Below, one piece after another: positions 46,352 to 55,737 of a stretch of 64,000 nt of DNA. The translations under genes and the position numbers were made by a program. This DNA is from Dehalococcoidia bacterium. GTDB taxonomy: Bacteria > Chloroflexota > Dehalococcoidia > Lucifugimonadales > JAGWBF01. The notes beneath the pieces are model-generated. The model saw nothing but the letters and a program-made list of their open reading frames with translations. It had not been told where the DNA came from and did no database searches. How positions within the stretch are numbered: position 1 is the stretch's first letter; the number at the start of each line of letters is the position of its first letter. The DNA lies in NCBI GenBank assembly GCA_965207935.1, contig CBDBNM010000002.1, positions 845,692-909,691 of the forward strand, given 5' to 3'.

Positions 46352-47188
46352 CTACAGGGCCTGCCAGTAGCGCCGGTCTTGCAGGCGGACCACCCTGCCA
46401 AAGCCGGGAGCCGGAAAATGGCCCGCTGCGATCAGCGTGCCCTCCCGCTCGGCCTCTTCCACCAGCTTCCTTCGGCTGACCCGCGCCTGGTCCGGGTCCA
46501 GGTCCGCCCTGGAACACCACTCCCACTCCTGGACCTGGGCTGGGCTGTGGAGCGCATCCCCGGTAATGACGCCCTTCTCCCCCTGTGAGGTGATGAGGAC
46601 GCTCATATGCCCAGGCGTATGGCCGGGCGTGGGCAGGGCGGTAAGCTCGCTGTTGATTGCGTACTCCCCCTCCACCACATCCAGTATGCCAAGCTCCTCC
46701 AGGGGCCACAACTTGGTGGAAGCTGTGGGGAAGCGCTCGGCGTACTCGGGCATCCTGGTTGCTTCCCAGTCCTTCCGGGACAAAACGTACCTGGCGTTGG
46801 GGAAGACGGGCAGGTATCGCCCGTTCTCCGACACCATGTTCCAGCCTACGTGGTCCCTGTGGAGGTGGGTCATCACTACTACATCCACCTCGTCGGTGCG
46901 TACTCCGGCAGCTTCGAAGCTGTTCAACAGCTCCCCCCACGAGCTCTCGGGCGCATCCTCGGGCATGGGACCCATGCCCGTATCCACCAGGACCGTGCTC
47001 CCTTGGGACCTGACCAGGTAGGATGCCAGGTTCAGGCTGACTTTGTGGTCCGGGGTAAGGTCTTCGGGGTAGCGATCCCAGTTTTCTTTGGGTATGGACG
47101 GGTAGAAGTTGCACAGGTCGAACTCCAGCTTCCCATCAGAGAAGGAAGCCACTCTAACGTTCCCGACGGTGACCTCGTTTTCAGCCAT
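46352..47188 (-). CDS. MBL-fold metallo-hydrolase
   Basis: HLHRDHVG (HxHxDH) motif. 278 aa. Confidence 0.85.
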   Translation of the reverse strand: MAENEVTVGNVRVASFSDGKLEFDLCNFYPSIPKENWDRYPEDLTPDHKVSLNLASYLVRSQGSTVLVDTGMGPMPEDAPESSWGELLNSFEAAGVRTDEVDVVVMTHLHRDHVGWNMVSENGRYLPVFPNARYVLSRKDWEATRMPEYAERFPTASTKLWPLEELGILDVVEGEYAINSELTALPTPGHTPGHMSVLITSQGEKGVITGDALHSPAQVQEWEWCSRADLDPDQARVSRRKLVEEAEREGTLIAAGHFPAPGFGRVVRLQDRRYWQAL

Positions 47189-47281
47189 GGCGTCCCTCCC
47201 CGGGTTGGCGCAGTCGCCGTTTCCATATGTTGGATGCCTTGTTTGGGATTCTATTGTCGAGGGAGGGCAGGGTCAATTCGC

Positions 47282-48217
47282 CTACCCCTGCTTGGGGCGG
47301 TGGTACTTGGGTAGGATTTCCTCCCCGAAGAGTCGAAGCTGCTCCAAGGCTTCCCCGGGAGGGCACATCGGGCGCATGACAAACTTGGTTGCGCCAGCCT
47401 CGAGGTAGCGGTCGATCATGCCGCAGATGTGCTGTGGGGTTCCCAGGGCGCTGTATCCGGTGAAGTGGGACTCGGGCCTGGATCGGGTCACGTAAGGCGC
47501 GGCCACTTCTGCCGCCAATTCAGGGTCCGGCGAGATGTGGTATCCGATGAGCACCCCGATGTGGTCCTCATCCACGCACCGATCGAACTCTGCGGCCGTG
47601 GCGAAGACCATGCGCACGCCTTCAGCCACCTCTTCGGGCGTCGCCGAGGACACCAGCCACCCGTCTCCCAGGCGCCCCACCCTCCTCTGGGCGGCGACGG
47701 TCCTGCCTCCGATCCACAGGGGGATCGGCTCCTGGACCGGCTTGGGATTCACGGTAACATCGTGCAGGGAGAAGAACTTCCCTTCATGGGTTACGTTGTC
47801 CTCGTGCCAGAGGCGGCGCATCACTTGCATAGCTTCGTCGGCCCGCTCGCCCCTGTTGGACTTGGCCACACCGCAGGCTTCGTAGTCCCTGGGGTCATCC
47901 TGTCCCAGGCCGATGGCAGGCAGGCAGCGCCCGCCCGACAGGTAGTCCAGGGTTGCCAGCTCTTTTGCGAGCACAACGGGGTTGCGAAGTGGGAGCTGGA
48001 GGACGCTGGTGCCAAACTTCATCTTCTCGGAGTAGGCAGCCACCATTCCCATGGCGACCACTGGCTCCGGGCCGGCGCTCTGGCCTACTACCCGGTCCGA
48101 AAGCCAGATGGAGTCGTACCCGTACCCATCGCCCACCTCTAGCAATCCGCGGAAGTATGCGACTCCTTCTTGGCCTTGGGGGAATGCGCCGGGCATGTAG
48201 CCTATTCGAACGGTCAT
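47282..48217 (-). CDS. LLM-class F420/flavin-dependent oxidoreductase
   Basis: ATG lies after GGGAGG and gives MTVRIGYMPG...YGYDSIWLSDR, typical of the LLM family. The track ORF's 37-aa extension is unlikely to be real. Confidence 0.78.
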   Translation of the reverse strand: MTVRIGYMPGAFPQGQEGVAYFRGLLEVGDGYGYDSIWLSDRVVGQSAGPEPVVAMGMVAAYSEKMKFGTSVLQLPLRNPVVLAKELATLDYLSGGRCLPAIGLGQDDPRDYEACGVAKSNRGERADEAMQVMRRLWHEDNVTHEGKFFSLHDVTVNPKPVQEPIPLWIGGRTVAAQRRVGRLGDGWLVSSATPEEVAEGVRMVFATAAEFDRCVDEDHIGVLIGYHISPDPELAAEVAAPYVTRSRPESHFTGYSALGTPQHICGMIDRYLEAGATKFVMRPMCPPGEALEQLRLFGEEILPKYHRPKQG

Positions 48218-48272
48218 GTGTCCTCCCTTCCGCAGGGGGATGATACTCACCCTCAAGTACCGGACCTGCCGG

Positions 48273-49115
48273 TTAGGCCAGGTTGAGCACCTTCTTGGCG
48301 TTTTCCAGGAGAACCTTAGGTTGCACATGCTCCCTCAGGTCCAGGTGTTCGATGTCCCGCAGCCACCGTTCCGGCGTGATGTAAGGGTAGTCGGAGCCGA
48401 AGAGCACCTTGTCCTGGAGGCGAGTGTTCACCTCCCGCTTTAAGGGTTCGGGAATGAAGCGGGGGGACCACCCCGACAAGTCCAGGTACACGTTGGACTT
48501 GTGCAAGGCGACGGCGATCTGCTCCTCGGTCCAGGGCCAGGCCGGGTGGGCCATAATCACCGTAAGGTGGGGGAAATCGGCGGCAACGTCGTCGATGTAG
48601 GGAATCGGCGCGCTGTATTTCAGCTTCAGGCCCGAGCCACCGGGGGTGCCGGAGCCCGCACCCGCAAACCCGGAGTGGAACAGCACAGGTACACCCAGCT
48701 CCGACGCCTTGGCGTAGAGAGGGTAGAAGCGTGTGTCGTTAGGGTGGAAGGCTTGGTGGACGGGATGGAGCTTGAGCCCCTTGAGACCAAGGCTGGTGAC
48801 TGATCGCTCCAGCTCCAAAACGGCGGCGTGCCCCTTCCATGGGTCGATGGAGCAGAAGCCGATGAACTGGTCAGGGTGGGCTTTCACGATCCCCGCCACG
48901 TAGTCGTTGGTATCGGGAGGCTCCCCGGTGGTGGTCTCGGTGTCCACCGAGAAGATCACCCCCATGATGTCCAGCTCCCGGTACTTGTCAGCCATTTCGT
49001 TGGCATCCTCGGGCACCGAGGAGACTCTGAAGTAGCTCCTCAGCTCCGCTTCAATGCCGATTTCTGGAAGGCCCGGCTGTCGAGGAACGTGGACGTGCAT
49101 GTCGATGGCTTGCAT
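48273..49115 (-). CDS. Amidohydrolase-family (TIM-barrel metal hydrolase) protein
   Basis: N-terminal IDMHVHV (HxH) motif. 280 aa. Confidence 0.8.
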   Translation of the reverse strand: MQAIDMHVHVPRQPGLPEIGIEAELRSYFRVSSVPEDANEMADKYRELDIMGVIFSVDTETTTGEPPDTNDYVAGIVKAHPDQFIGFCSIDPWKGHAAVLELERSVTSLGLKGLKLHPVHQAFHPNDTRFYPLYAKASELGVPVLFHSGFAGAGSGTPGGSGLKLKYSAPIPYIDDVAADFPHLTVIMAHPAWPWTEEQIAVALHKSNVYLDLSGWSPRFIPEPLKREVNTRLQDKVLFGSDYPYITPERWLRDIEHLDLREHVQPKVLLENAKKVLNLA

Positions 49116-49201
49116 TGCGGAAGACCTGCCTTGGCTTTGGGATGCACCGATAAGCTATCACCAACACGATACCCTGTCCAATGTTGAGGAGAAGGGGATG
49201 G

Positions 49202-49702
49202 CTAGAAGAGGTTGGGGCGCTGCGGGAGCGTGGCTGCTCCCTCGTAAGGTTCGTCTGCAGGAAGGTTGGGCTGGGCAGCGGCCTGGGTAGCCAGCCGATC
49301 GCAACGCTCGTTCTCCCGGTTGCCCGAGTGTCCCTTTACCCAATGGTAAGTCAGGTCATGCCCTTCGCACAGATCAAGGAGCCTGGCCCAGAGGTCGGGA
49401 TTTATCGCCGTTTCCCGTTTGTTGCGCCTCCATCCGTTCTTCCTCCACTTGACGGCCCACCCCTTGGCAAGGGCATCGACAACGTACTTGGAGTCGCTGT
49501 AGAGCCTGACTTTACATTTCTCATTAAGTGCGGCCAGCCCCTCGATGACAGCCAGAAGCTCCATGCGGTTGTTGGTGGTCCTGCGATAGCCTCCCGAAAG
49601 CTCCTTGCGGTGCTCCCCCGACAGCAGCACCACGCCATACCCGCCGGGGCCGGGGTTGCCCTGGCAAGCGCCATCGGTGTAGATATCGACCTCGTTCATC
49701 AC
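49202..49702 (-). CDS. rnhA: Ribonuclease HI
   Basis: [25 protein letters not shown] and [14 protein letters not shown] motifs. 166 aa. Confidence 0.92.
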   Translation of the reverse strand: MMNEVDIYTDGACQGNPGPGGYGVVLLSGEHRKELSGGYRRTTNNRMELLAVIEGLAALNEKCKVRLYSDSKYVVDALAKGWAVKWRKNGWRRNKRETAINPDLWARLLDLCEGHDLTYHWVKGHSGNRENERCDRLATQAAAQPNLPADEPYEGAATLPQRPNLF

Positions 49703-49714
49703 AGCGGAGTGGAG

Positions 49715-50137
49715 CTACCCGTTTTCCGATGCCCCGTCAGTCCTGTACAAAGCGTCGGCCACCTCACGGATCCTGGCAAAGCTGGCCGATGCATAGTCGC
49801 TGGATTCATATTTTTGGATTTGCTGCTCCTTAAGCCCCATGCGCTCCGCCAGATCTTTTTGCGTCAGCCCCTGGGATATTCGGGCTTTGATCAGGACATC
49901 GGGTAAGCCGGCAACCACGTTCAGCCCTTCCATCCGAAACTCGCCCTTCTTCAGGGCCTCGTACTCTGCCAGCTCCTTCTCCAAGTCTGCCAGCTGGCTT
50001 CGCACAGCATTTATGCGCGCCTTGGCAATTAGGGGGTGTACCCCCTCTCCCGGATCCAACTCAAGGCGCTCCAGGGTCTGCGAGAAACGGTCCGCCTGGG
50101 CTTTCGTTATCTTGTACTGCCGTTCGTTCTTTATCAT
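49715..50137 (-). CDS. XRE-family HTH protein with an N-terminal helical domain (putative antitoxin/regulator)
   Basis: C-terminal HTH LIKARISQGLTQKDLAERMGLKEQQIQKYESSDY. Its start overlaps the upstream gene's stop (ATGA). Confidence 0.8.
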   Translation of the reverse strand: MIKNERQYKITKAQADRFSQTLERLELDPGEGVHPLIAKARINAVRSQLADLEKELAEYEALKKGEFRMEGLNVVAGLPDVLIKARISQGLTQKDLAERMGLKEQQIQKYESSDYASASFARIREVADALYRTDGASENG

Positions 50138-50574
50138 GTCAGGTCTCCCAGGTCGATGGCGATTATCCCCTTCGGTTCCCCTTCCTCCCTATCCCTTTGG
50201 AAGAAATCAAGAAATGAGAATCCATCGTCATCCGCAGTTATGGAGGCAGGAAACAACTCACCCAGGTATCTGCCTTTCTGAGTAGCCCTGCCCGGATCGA
50301 AGGTCAGCAGCGTCGGATCCAGGAGGTTCGGATCGACCCCTTCTTCCTCCCAGCAGGCATCAAAGTCGTTCGGGAACTCCTTGCGGGTAACGAAGCTCCC
50401 GTCAATGTACACCCTCCGGCAGCCTGCCTTCTTCAGGTCGTTCAAGGCATCCTTGAGGCCAGCCATAAGTCGCTCTCTCCACAAGTTGCCCCCGAACCTG
50501 TCGGCAACTTCTCCCCAGCTTGCCAGGTGCACCCCTGCAGGCAGGAGCCCCCTGACATCAAACTGCGGTATCAC
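50134..50574 (-). CDS. Minimal nucleotidyltransferase-fold protein (DUF6932-like)
   Basis: 146 aa with a GTG start. The NTase signature YIDGSFVTRKEFPNDFDAC has GS, nine residues, then DxD. Confidence 0.65.
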   Translation of the reverse strand: MIPQFDVRGLLPAGVHLASWGEVADRFGGNLWRERLMAGLKDALNDLKKAGCRRVYIDGSFVTRKEFPNDFDACWEEEGVDPNLLDPTLLTFDPGRATQKGRYLGELFPASITADDDGFSFLDFFQRDREEGEPKGIIAIDLGDLT

Positions 50575-50580
50575 AACACA

Positions 50581-50609
50581 ACGATATCATTGTCTTAACC
50601 TCGCGTCAA
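50581..50609 (-). promoter_or_regulatory. Sigma70-like promoter for the NTase-XRE pair, giving a nearly leaderless mRNA
   Basis: On the minus strand: TTGACG (complement of 50604-50609), 17 nt, TATCGT (complement of 50581-50586), then 6 nt to the GTG at 50574. Confidence 0.35.
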
Positions 50610-50653
50610 GCACCCTCGCGACATTCCTGCTAGTAGCATATTCGCCGCCAACC

Positions 50654-51895
50654 CTATTCGGCATCCAGCGGGAGCATGGTTATAACGGGGCGGCGGTTGG
50701 CAAGGTACTCGGGCGTCACGAACGATGATCCTGAGCCGAACTCCCGGGTGCACTCCTTGACCACATCGAACACCTCGGGCCTGAAGGTCAGAAAGGGCGG
50801 AGTGATCTCCTGCTCCAGGGTCTGGCGCATCAGCGTGCCGCTGAGGTCCTGCTTGCTGTCGCGATGGCCGCACAACCCTTCGTAGGCTACCCCTTCGCAG
50901 GTGGGGCAGTGCCACCACTCCCCCATCGTTACTGGCACGATGCCAATGGGGGTTATCTCCTGGAATATCTGGTGGGAAGCCCTGGGGTCGTAGAAGGAGC
51001 CTACGCCCGCATGGTCCCGTCCGAACATGTGGTGAGTGCAGCCCATGTTCTTCCGCACGATGGCGTGGAACACCGCTTCTTTCGGGCCGGCGTAGCGCAT
51101 GTCCCACATCAGCACTGAAGTAGCGTGCACGCCCTCTGCAAAGTAGCCGGCATTGCGCAGGGCATCCTGGGCCAGGACGATGGCTTCGTCGATGTAGTCC
51201 CCGACACGCTTTTCTCCGATGACCGCGCTTACCAACACACCATCGGCGCCCGAGGCGAACCAAGCTCCCTTCATGAACCCCTCGTGGCCCACGTGGGGCA
51301 CGTTCCTGGTTTGGTGGGCCACTACGCGTTCCCACCCTTTGTCGGCAAGCATCTTCCTGAGCTGGGCGGGAGGGTACCAGAAGCGGTCGAAGGGAGGGTT
51401 AACCCTGGGCTCGTTCACTAGGGTCACCTTCCCGCCAACGAAACGGTCCTTAAGGTTGAAGGTGCGGACAACCCCTGGATGGCTCAGGTCCGCCGTCCCG
51501 TACACCCGCTGGGCCATGTACTCCAGGTCGTAGGAGAAGACCTGCTCCACCCCCAGCGTTGCCAGTGGCTGCTCCTGGTAGGTCAACAGCAGGGTATCTC
51601 CTTCGACCAGGGCCAAGCTATCGACCTCCTGCCGGGGTATATCCAGTACGATGGGGATGCTCCAGACGTACCCGCTTGCCAGGGCCATCTTCTCCAGCAC
51701 AGCATCCACATCCTCCTCCACCATGAACCCTTCCAGGGGGGAGAAGACGCCGTAGGCGATGTTGATGCACTCCCGGGCTATCTGGTCGTTTACGGCTATG
51801 GACTTTCCGACCCCATTAGAGAATGCGGAGAGGGGCTGAGGGGCTACCCGTTCGATGAGCCGTCCACCGTGGGGCGATAGTGTGTTATCGACCAT
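50654..51895 (-). CDS. sat: Sulfate adenylyltransferase (ATP sulfurylase)
   Basis: ATG lies after GAGGAGAAG. Contains HQTRNVPHVGHEG (QTRNPxHRxH-like) and FGRDHAGVG motifs. Confidence 0.88.
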   Translation of the reverse strand: MVDNTLSPHGGRLIERVAPQPLSAFSNGVGKSIAVNDQIARECINIAYGVFSPLEGFMVEEDVDAVLEKMALASGYVWSIPIVLDIPRQEVDSLALVEGDTLLLTYQEQPLATLGVEQVFSYDLEYMAQRVYGTADLSHPGVVRTFNLKDRFVGGKVTLVNEPRVNPPFDRFWYPPAQLRKMLADKGWERVVAHQTRNVPHVGHEGFMKGAWFASGADGVLVSAVIGEKRVGDYIDEAIVLAQDALRNAGYFAEGVHATSVLMWDMRYAGPKEAVFHAIVRKNMGCTHHMFGRDHAGVGSFYDPRASHQIFQEITPIGIVPVTMGEWWHCPTCEGVAYEGLCGHRDSKQDLSGTLMRQTLEQEITPPFLTFRPEVFDVVKECTREFGSGSSFVTPEYLANRRPVITMLPLDAE

Positions 51896-52010
51896 CTTCT
51901 CCTCTATCGCTGGACTCGATCTGCGGCAGGCCAAGCAAGAGCTGCTGCCTGGGTGGGCACCATTCTAGTAACCGCCGAGATACGGCACAAGCCAATGACT
52001 AATAGTCCCG

Positions 52011-52499
52011 ATGGACGCCTCAGCGTTGACCCTTATAGTAGGCGCCAGATACAATCCCACCGTGCTAGCCATCGTCTTCTCCCTCCTTGCCGCCGTCGGG
52101 TTCGGATCTGCCGCCGTCTTCGCCCGCCTCGGCCTGCAGGGAATGAAGCCCGCAACCGGCACTGCTATCTCCCTGGTGGTCAGCTTCCTCCTCACGGCCA
52201 TCCTGGCCCTGTCCATCGAAAGGTCGGCGGTCTTTACCCTCCCGGCCATGGCATTTCTGTGGTTCCTGGCCCTTGGCATCGTGAACTATCCTCTAGCCAG
52301 GTTCATGAACTACACGTCGGTCAACCTTGTGGGAGCCTCCCGGTCCGCGCCCATCATCGCCACCGCTCCCTTCTTCTCGGCCGTCCTGGCCATCCTTTTC
52401 CTTGACGAGAAGATGAACTTGCTGGTGGGGTTGGGGACCGCCGCCATCATGGTTGGGTCCATCCTGATCGTGTTGGAGAGGACCCGTGCGTCTTCCTAG
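52011..52499 (+). CDS. Single-EamA-domain DMT transporter half
   Basis: About 160 aa with 5 TM helices and one EamA-like repeat (AAVGFGSAAVFARLGLQG...). Confidence 0.7.
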   Translation: MDASALTLIVGARYNPTVLAIVFSLLAAVGFGSAAVFARLGLQGMKPATGTAISLVVSFLLTAILALSIERSAVFTLPAMAFLWFLALGIVNYPLARFMNYTSVNLVGASRSAPIIATAPFFSAVLAILFLDEKMNLLVGLGTAAIMVGSILIVLERTRASS

Positions 52500-52950
52500 T
52501 CTGAAGATGGGCGACCAAAGCAAGGCCCTGGGCTTCGCCATGGCCTTGGGCGCGGGCTTTTGCTACGGCGCCACCACAGTCATCGGCAAGAGGGTTGTGG
52601 AGGAATACTCCCACCCCCTCCTTGTGTCCGCCTTTGCCCTGTTGTTCGGCATGGTCATTATGCTCGCTCTCACTCACGTCGATGTCCCACGGGCAGTATC
52701 GAGATCCAGGCGCTCTCTGTTTCCCATACTGCTGGCAGGGACTTCCTCGGGGGCTGGCGTAACCTTCACTTACTTCGCCCTCAGCCGTACCGACGTTGTG
52801 ATCGCCTCTCCCATAATCTCCAGCGCCCCCCTGTTTACCCTGGTCCTTGCCTACCTGGTGCTCCGGGGACTGGAGCGGGTAACCTGGCAGCTGGTCCTGG
52901 GCACCCTCATGATCGTCGGGGGAATAACCCTGGTGGTCTTCGGCAGGTAG
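52486..52950 (+). CDS. Single-EamA-domain DMT transporter half (second)
   Basis: About 150 aa with 5 TM helices. It overlaps the previous gene; an ATG at 52507 is an alternative start. Confidence 0.7.
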   Translation: MRLPSLKMGDQSKALGFAMALGAGFCYGATTVIGKRVVEEYSHPLLVSAFALLFGMVIMLALTHVDVPRAVSRSRRSLFPILLAGTSSGAGVTFTYFALSRTDVVIASPIISSAPLFTLVLAYLVLRGLERVTWQLVLGTLMIVGGITLVVFGR

Positions 52951-52985
52951 GTCCTACGGGCCGCAGGCCGGATCCGGCGTCTGTC

Positions 52986-53600
52986 CTACTCAGCTACCGG
53001 CCCCGCATACACCAGGTCAGCTATGGCATTTAGGGTGGCGGGACCGATCCCACTCACCTCCACCACTTCCTCCACCGAGGAGAAGGGGCCAATCTCGTTC
53101 CTGTAGGCTACGATGGCGCCGGCTTTCACCTCCCCGATGCCCGGCAAGGCTTGGAGTTCTTCTGCGGAAGCGGAGTTCAGGTCGATCCTCCCCACCTGGC
53201 CCTGCGGTGCTGCGTCAGGAAGAGCGTCAAGCGTCGGTTCGGAGACGTCTGGTGTACAGCCGTCATCGACGGAGGGGACATGGTACTGGGAACCGTCCCT
53301 CACCCTGGCCGCCAGATTGACGCACGAAAGCTGGGCGCCCCACAAGGCCCCGCCCGCCGCCTCCACCGCATCCTCCACCCGGTCTCCAGGAGCCACCACG
53401 TACACTCCCGGGGCCGCCACTTCCCCGCTCACGTACACCTTCAGGGTGGGCTGGGGCGTGGGCGCAGGAAGCCGTACCTCCACGCCCCGGGAGCCGGAAC
53501 CGTCGTCCAGCCCCCGGTATAGTATCACCCCTCCTGCCGAGAGGATGACCACCAGGAGCAGCGCCAGTGTGATCAAGGCTGTTTTCTTGAATGTGTCCAT
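52986..53600 (-). CDS. comEA: ComEA-family DNA-binding protein (SLBB + tandem HhH)
   Basis: N-terminal TM helix, VNLNSA-like IDLNSASAEELQALPGIGEVKAGAIVAYR, and a second HhH motif VSGIGPATL. Confidence 0.82.
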   Translation of the reverse strand: MDTFKKTALITLALLLVVILSAGGVILYRGLDDGSGSRGVEVRLPAPTPQPTLKVYVSGEVAAPGVYVVAPGDRVEDAVEAAGGALWGAQLSCVNLAARVRDGSQYHVPSVDDGCTPDVSEPTLDALPDAAPQGQVGRIDLNSASAEELQALPGIGEVKAGAIVAYRNEIGPFSSVEEVVEVSGIGPATLNAIADLVYAGPVAE

Positions 53601-53675
53601 AGGGAAAGTGGTATTGCTTGAAGAGTTTCGACTGATTATAATACCCTAGCCCCGGTACCAGACAGGAGGTGGCCA

Positions 53676-54614
53676 TTGAGCGGGGATCCTTACGCCTTCC
53701 TCAGAGGTGAGTACGTTCCCTTGAGCGAAGCCAAGGTGGGCATTATGACCCATGCTTTGCACTATGGGACAGGGGTCTTCGAAGGCATACGGGGCAACTG
53801 GAACGCCCAGGCTGGCCGCGTCTACATCTTTCGCCTCCGCGAGCACTACGAGAGGCTCCTCCAGGGCTGTCGTCTCATGATGCTGGACATCCCCTATTCC
53901 CTCGAGGACCTGTGCAACATCACCGTGGAGCTGGTGGAGCGCAGCGGATTCTCCGAAGATGTGTACATCCGCCCCCTGGCCTACAAGAGCGCCGAGCGGG
54001 TGGCCAACCTGAAGCTTCATGAGCTGGACAGCGACTTCTGCCTGATGGCCGTCCCCTTCGGCAACTACCTGGGCTCCGACAACCTGCGGTGCTGCACCTC
54101 GTCCTGGCGCAGGGTTGACGACCCCATGATTCCCGCCCGCTTCAAGATATCGGGAATATATGTGAACAGCATCCTGGCCAAGACCGAAGCTACCTTGGCG
54201 GGCTTCGACGAAGCCATCCTGCTCAACCAGGATGGGCATGTGTGCGAAGGCTCCGGCGAGAACCTATTCCTGGCCATAGACGGCAAGCTTTACACCCCGC
54301 CAATCGAGGATAACGTCCTGCCTGGAATAACCAGGTCCACGGTGATGCAGTTGGCCCAGAGCGAGCTGGGCTTGGAGGTCATCGAGACCCGCATAGACCG
54401 CAGCCAGATATACATCGCCGACGAGTGTTTCCTGACCGGCACTGCCGCCCACGTAACCCCTGTGGTCGAGGTGGACAGCCGCAAGATCGCCGACGGCGGG
54501 GTCGGGCCCATATCCGCCCAGATCCAGAAGCTGTACTTCGATGTGGTCGTCGGCAACGTTCCCAAGTTCCTTCACTGGTGCACCTCTGCTACCCCCCGAC
54601 TGGTGGGTGTGTAG
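53676..54614 (+). CDS. ilvE: Branched-chain amino acid aminotransferase (fold-type IV)
   Basis: TTG start 6 nt after AGGAGG. Contains HALHYGTGVFEGIR and NLFLAIDGKLYTPP...LPGITR. Confidence 0.87.
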   Translation: MSGDPYAFLRGEYVPLSEAKVGIMTHALHYGTGVFEGIRGNWNAQAGRVYIFRLREHYERLLQGCRLMMLDIPYSLEDLCNITVELVERSGFSEDVYIRPLAYKSAERVANLKLHELDSDFCLMAVPFGNYLGSDNLRCCTSSWRRVDDPMIPARFKISGIYVNSILAKTEATLAGFDEAILLNQDGHVCEGSGENLFLAIDGKLYTPPIEDNVLPGITRSTVMQLAQSELGLEVIETRIDRSQIYIADECFLTGTAAHVTPVVEVDSRKIADGGVGPISAQIQKLYFDVVVGNVPKFLHWCTSATPRLVGV

Positions 54615-54694
54615 CACCCAGGCTGCACAAAGCCTGCTCCCATCAGGACCCGTTACTCTCGCCCTACTTTCGAAGGAAGCGTAGTCGAACCTCC

Positions 54695-55330
54695 ATGAGT
54701 TGGTTCCTGGCTATCATCATCGGTTACCTTGTCGGGTCTATTCCAACCGCCTACCTTGCCGGACGCCGCGCCATGGGCAAAGACATCCGGGAAGAGGGCG
54801 ACCGAAACCCCGGTGCAGGCAACGTCTATGTGTCCATCGGGCCCAGGGCCGGCCTTATGGTGGGGGCGGTGGACATCGGCAAAGGGGTTGTCGCCGTGCT
54901 GCTGGCTAAGTTCCTCATCGTGGGCGGGGGCAATGGACTGGCCATGGCGGCCGGAGCGGCGGCCGTGGCGGGGCACACGTGGCCCATATTCATGAAGCTG
55001 AGGGGAGGCCGGGGCGCCGCAACGACCGTTGGTGTGTACTGCGCCCTCTTCCCCATACCGGCCCTGCCCATCAGCTTGGCTTGTCTAGCTCTGCTCCCCT
55101 TCGTCAGGAGCGCCACCCTCGTCCTCGGGCTTATTATGGCGCCCATGCCCCTGCTGGTGTGGCTGTCGGGGTACCCTGTAGCCATCACCATCTACACCAT
55201 CTTCCTTCCCATGGGTGTTGGCGTGCGCCACCACCTGACCTCCAGGAACCACGGCAGGGAACTCCCGCCTCCCACCTATGACCAAGAGGTGGAAGATAAG
55301 ATGCTGCCCGATGGAAGCCAGCATTGGTAG
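54695..55330 (+). CDS. plsY: Glycerol-3-phosphate acyltransferase PlsY
   Basis: MSWFLAIIIGYLVGSIPTAYL...GDRNPGAGNV...DIGKG signature. The upstream 90 codons of the track ORF are non-coding. Confidence 0.9.
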   Translation: MSWFLAIIIGYLVGSIPTAYLAGRRAMGKDIREEGDRNPGAGNVYVSIGPRAGLMVGAVDIGKGVVAVLLAKFLIVGGGNGLAMAAGAAAVAGHTWPIFMKLRGGRGAATTVGVYCALFPIPALPISLACLALLPFVRSATLVLGLIMAPMPLLVWLSGYPVAITIYTIFLPMGVGVRHHLTSRNHGRELPPPTYDQEVEDKMLPDGSQHW

Positions 55331-55737
55331 CTTCCTTCTCCCTGGACTACTTCATCCTGGCGTATATAGCCGCCATGGGTGTCCTCCAGATGATCGCCTC
55401 TCGTCGGGACTTTCGCGGTATGCTCCTAGTTCCGGCGGCGCCCGTAGCCTTCCTTTTTGGCCTTTGCGCCGTAGTAGCAGCATTCACATGGTTCTTTGCA
55501 TCCGAGTTCAGGAACCTGTCCGACACCGAAGGGGGCCTTGACGGCAACCGGGCTGCCCAGATGTTCTGTTCCGCCTCGTCCCTTGCCGTATTTACAACCT
55601 TCGTCCTTTCGTCCCTGGTCAACCGCACCCTGGGTAGGGGCGAACAGGCTCCCGCCCCAGGCCTGGATGCCCTGGGACACACCACCTACCTCCGGGCCTT
55701 TGGCGTGAGCCTGAAAGCGCTGTGGAAGCGCTCCTGA
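55324..55737 (+). CDS. Hypothetical membrane protein
   Basis: 137 aa with about 4 hydrophobic helices. TTG start overlaps the plsY end. Confidence 0.5.
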   Translation: MVASFSLDYFILAYIAAMGVLQMIASRRDFRGMLLVPAAPVAFLFGLCAVVAAFTWFFASEFRNLSDTEGGLDGNRAAQMFCSASSLAVFTTFVLSSLVNRTLGRGEQAPAPGLDALGHTTYLRAFGVSLKALWKRS

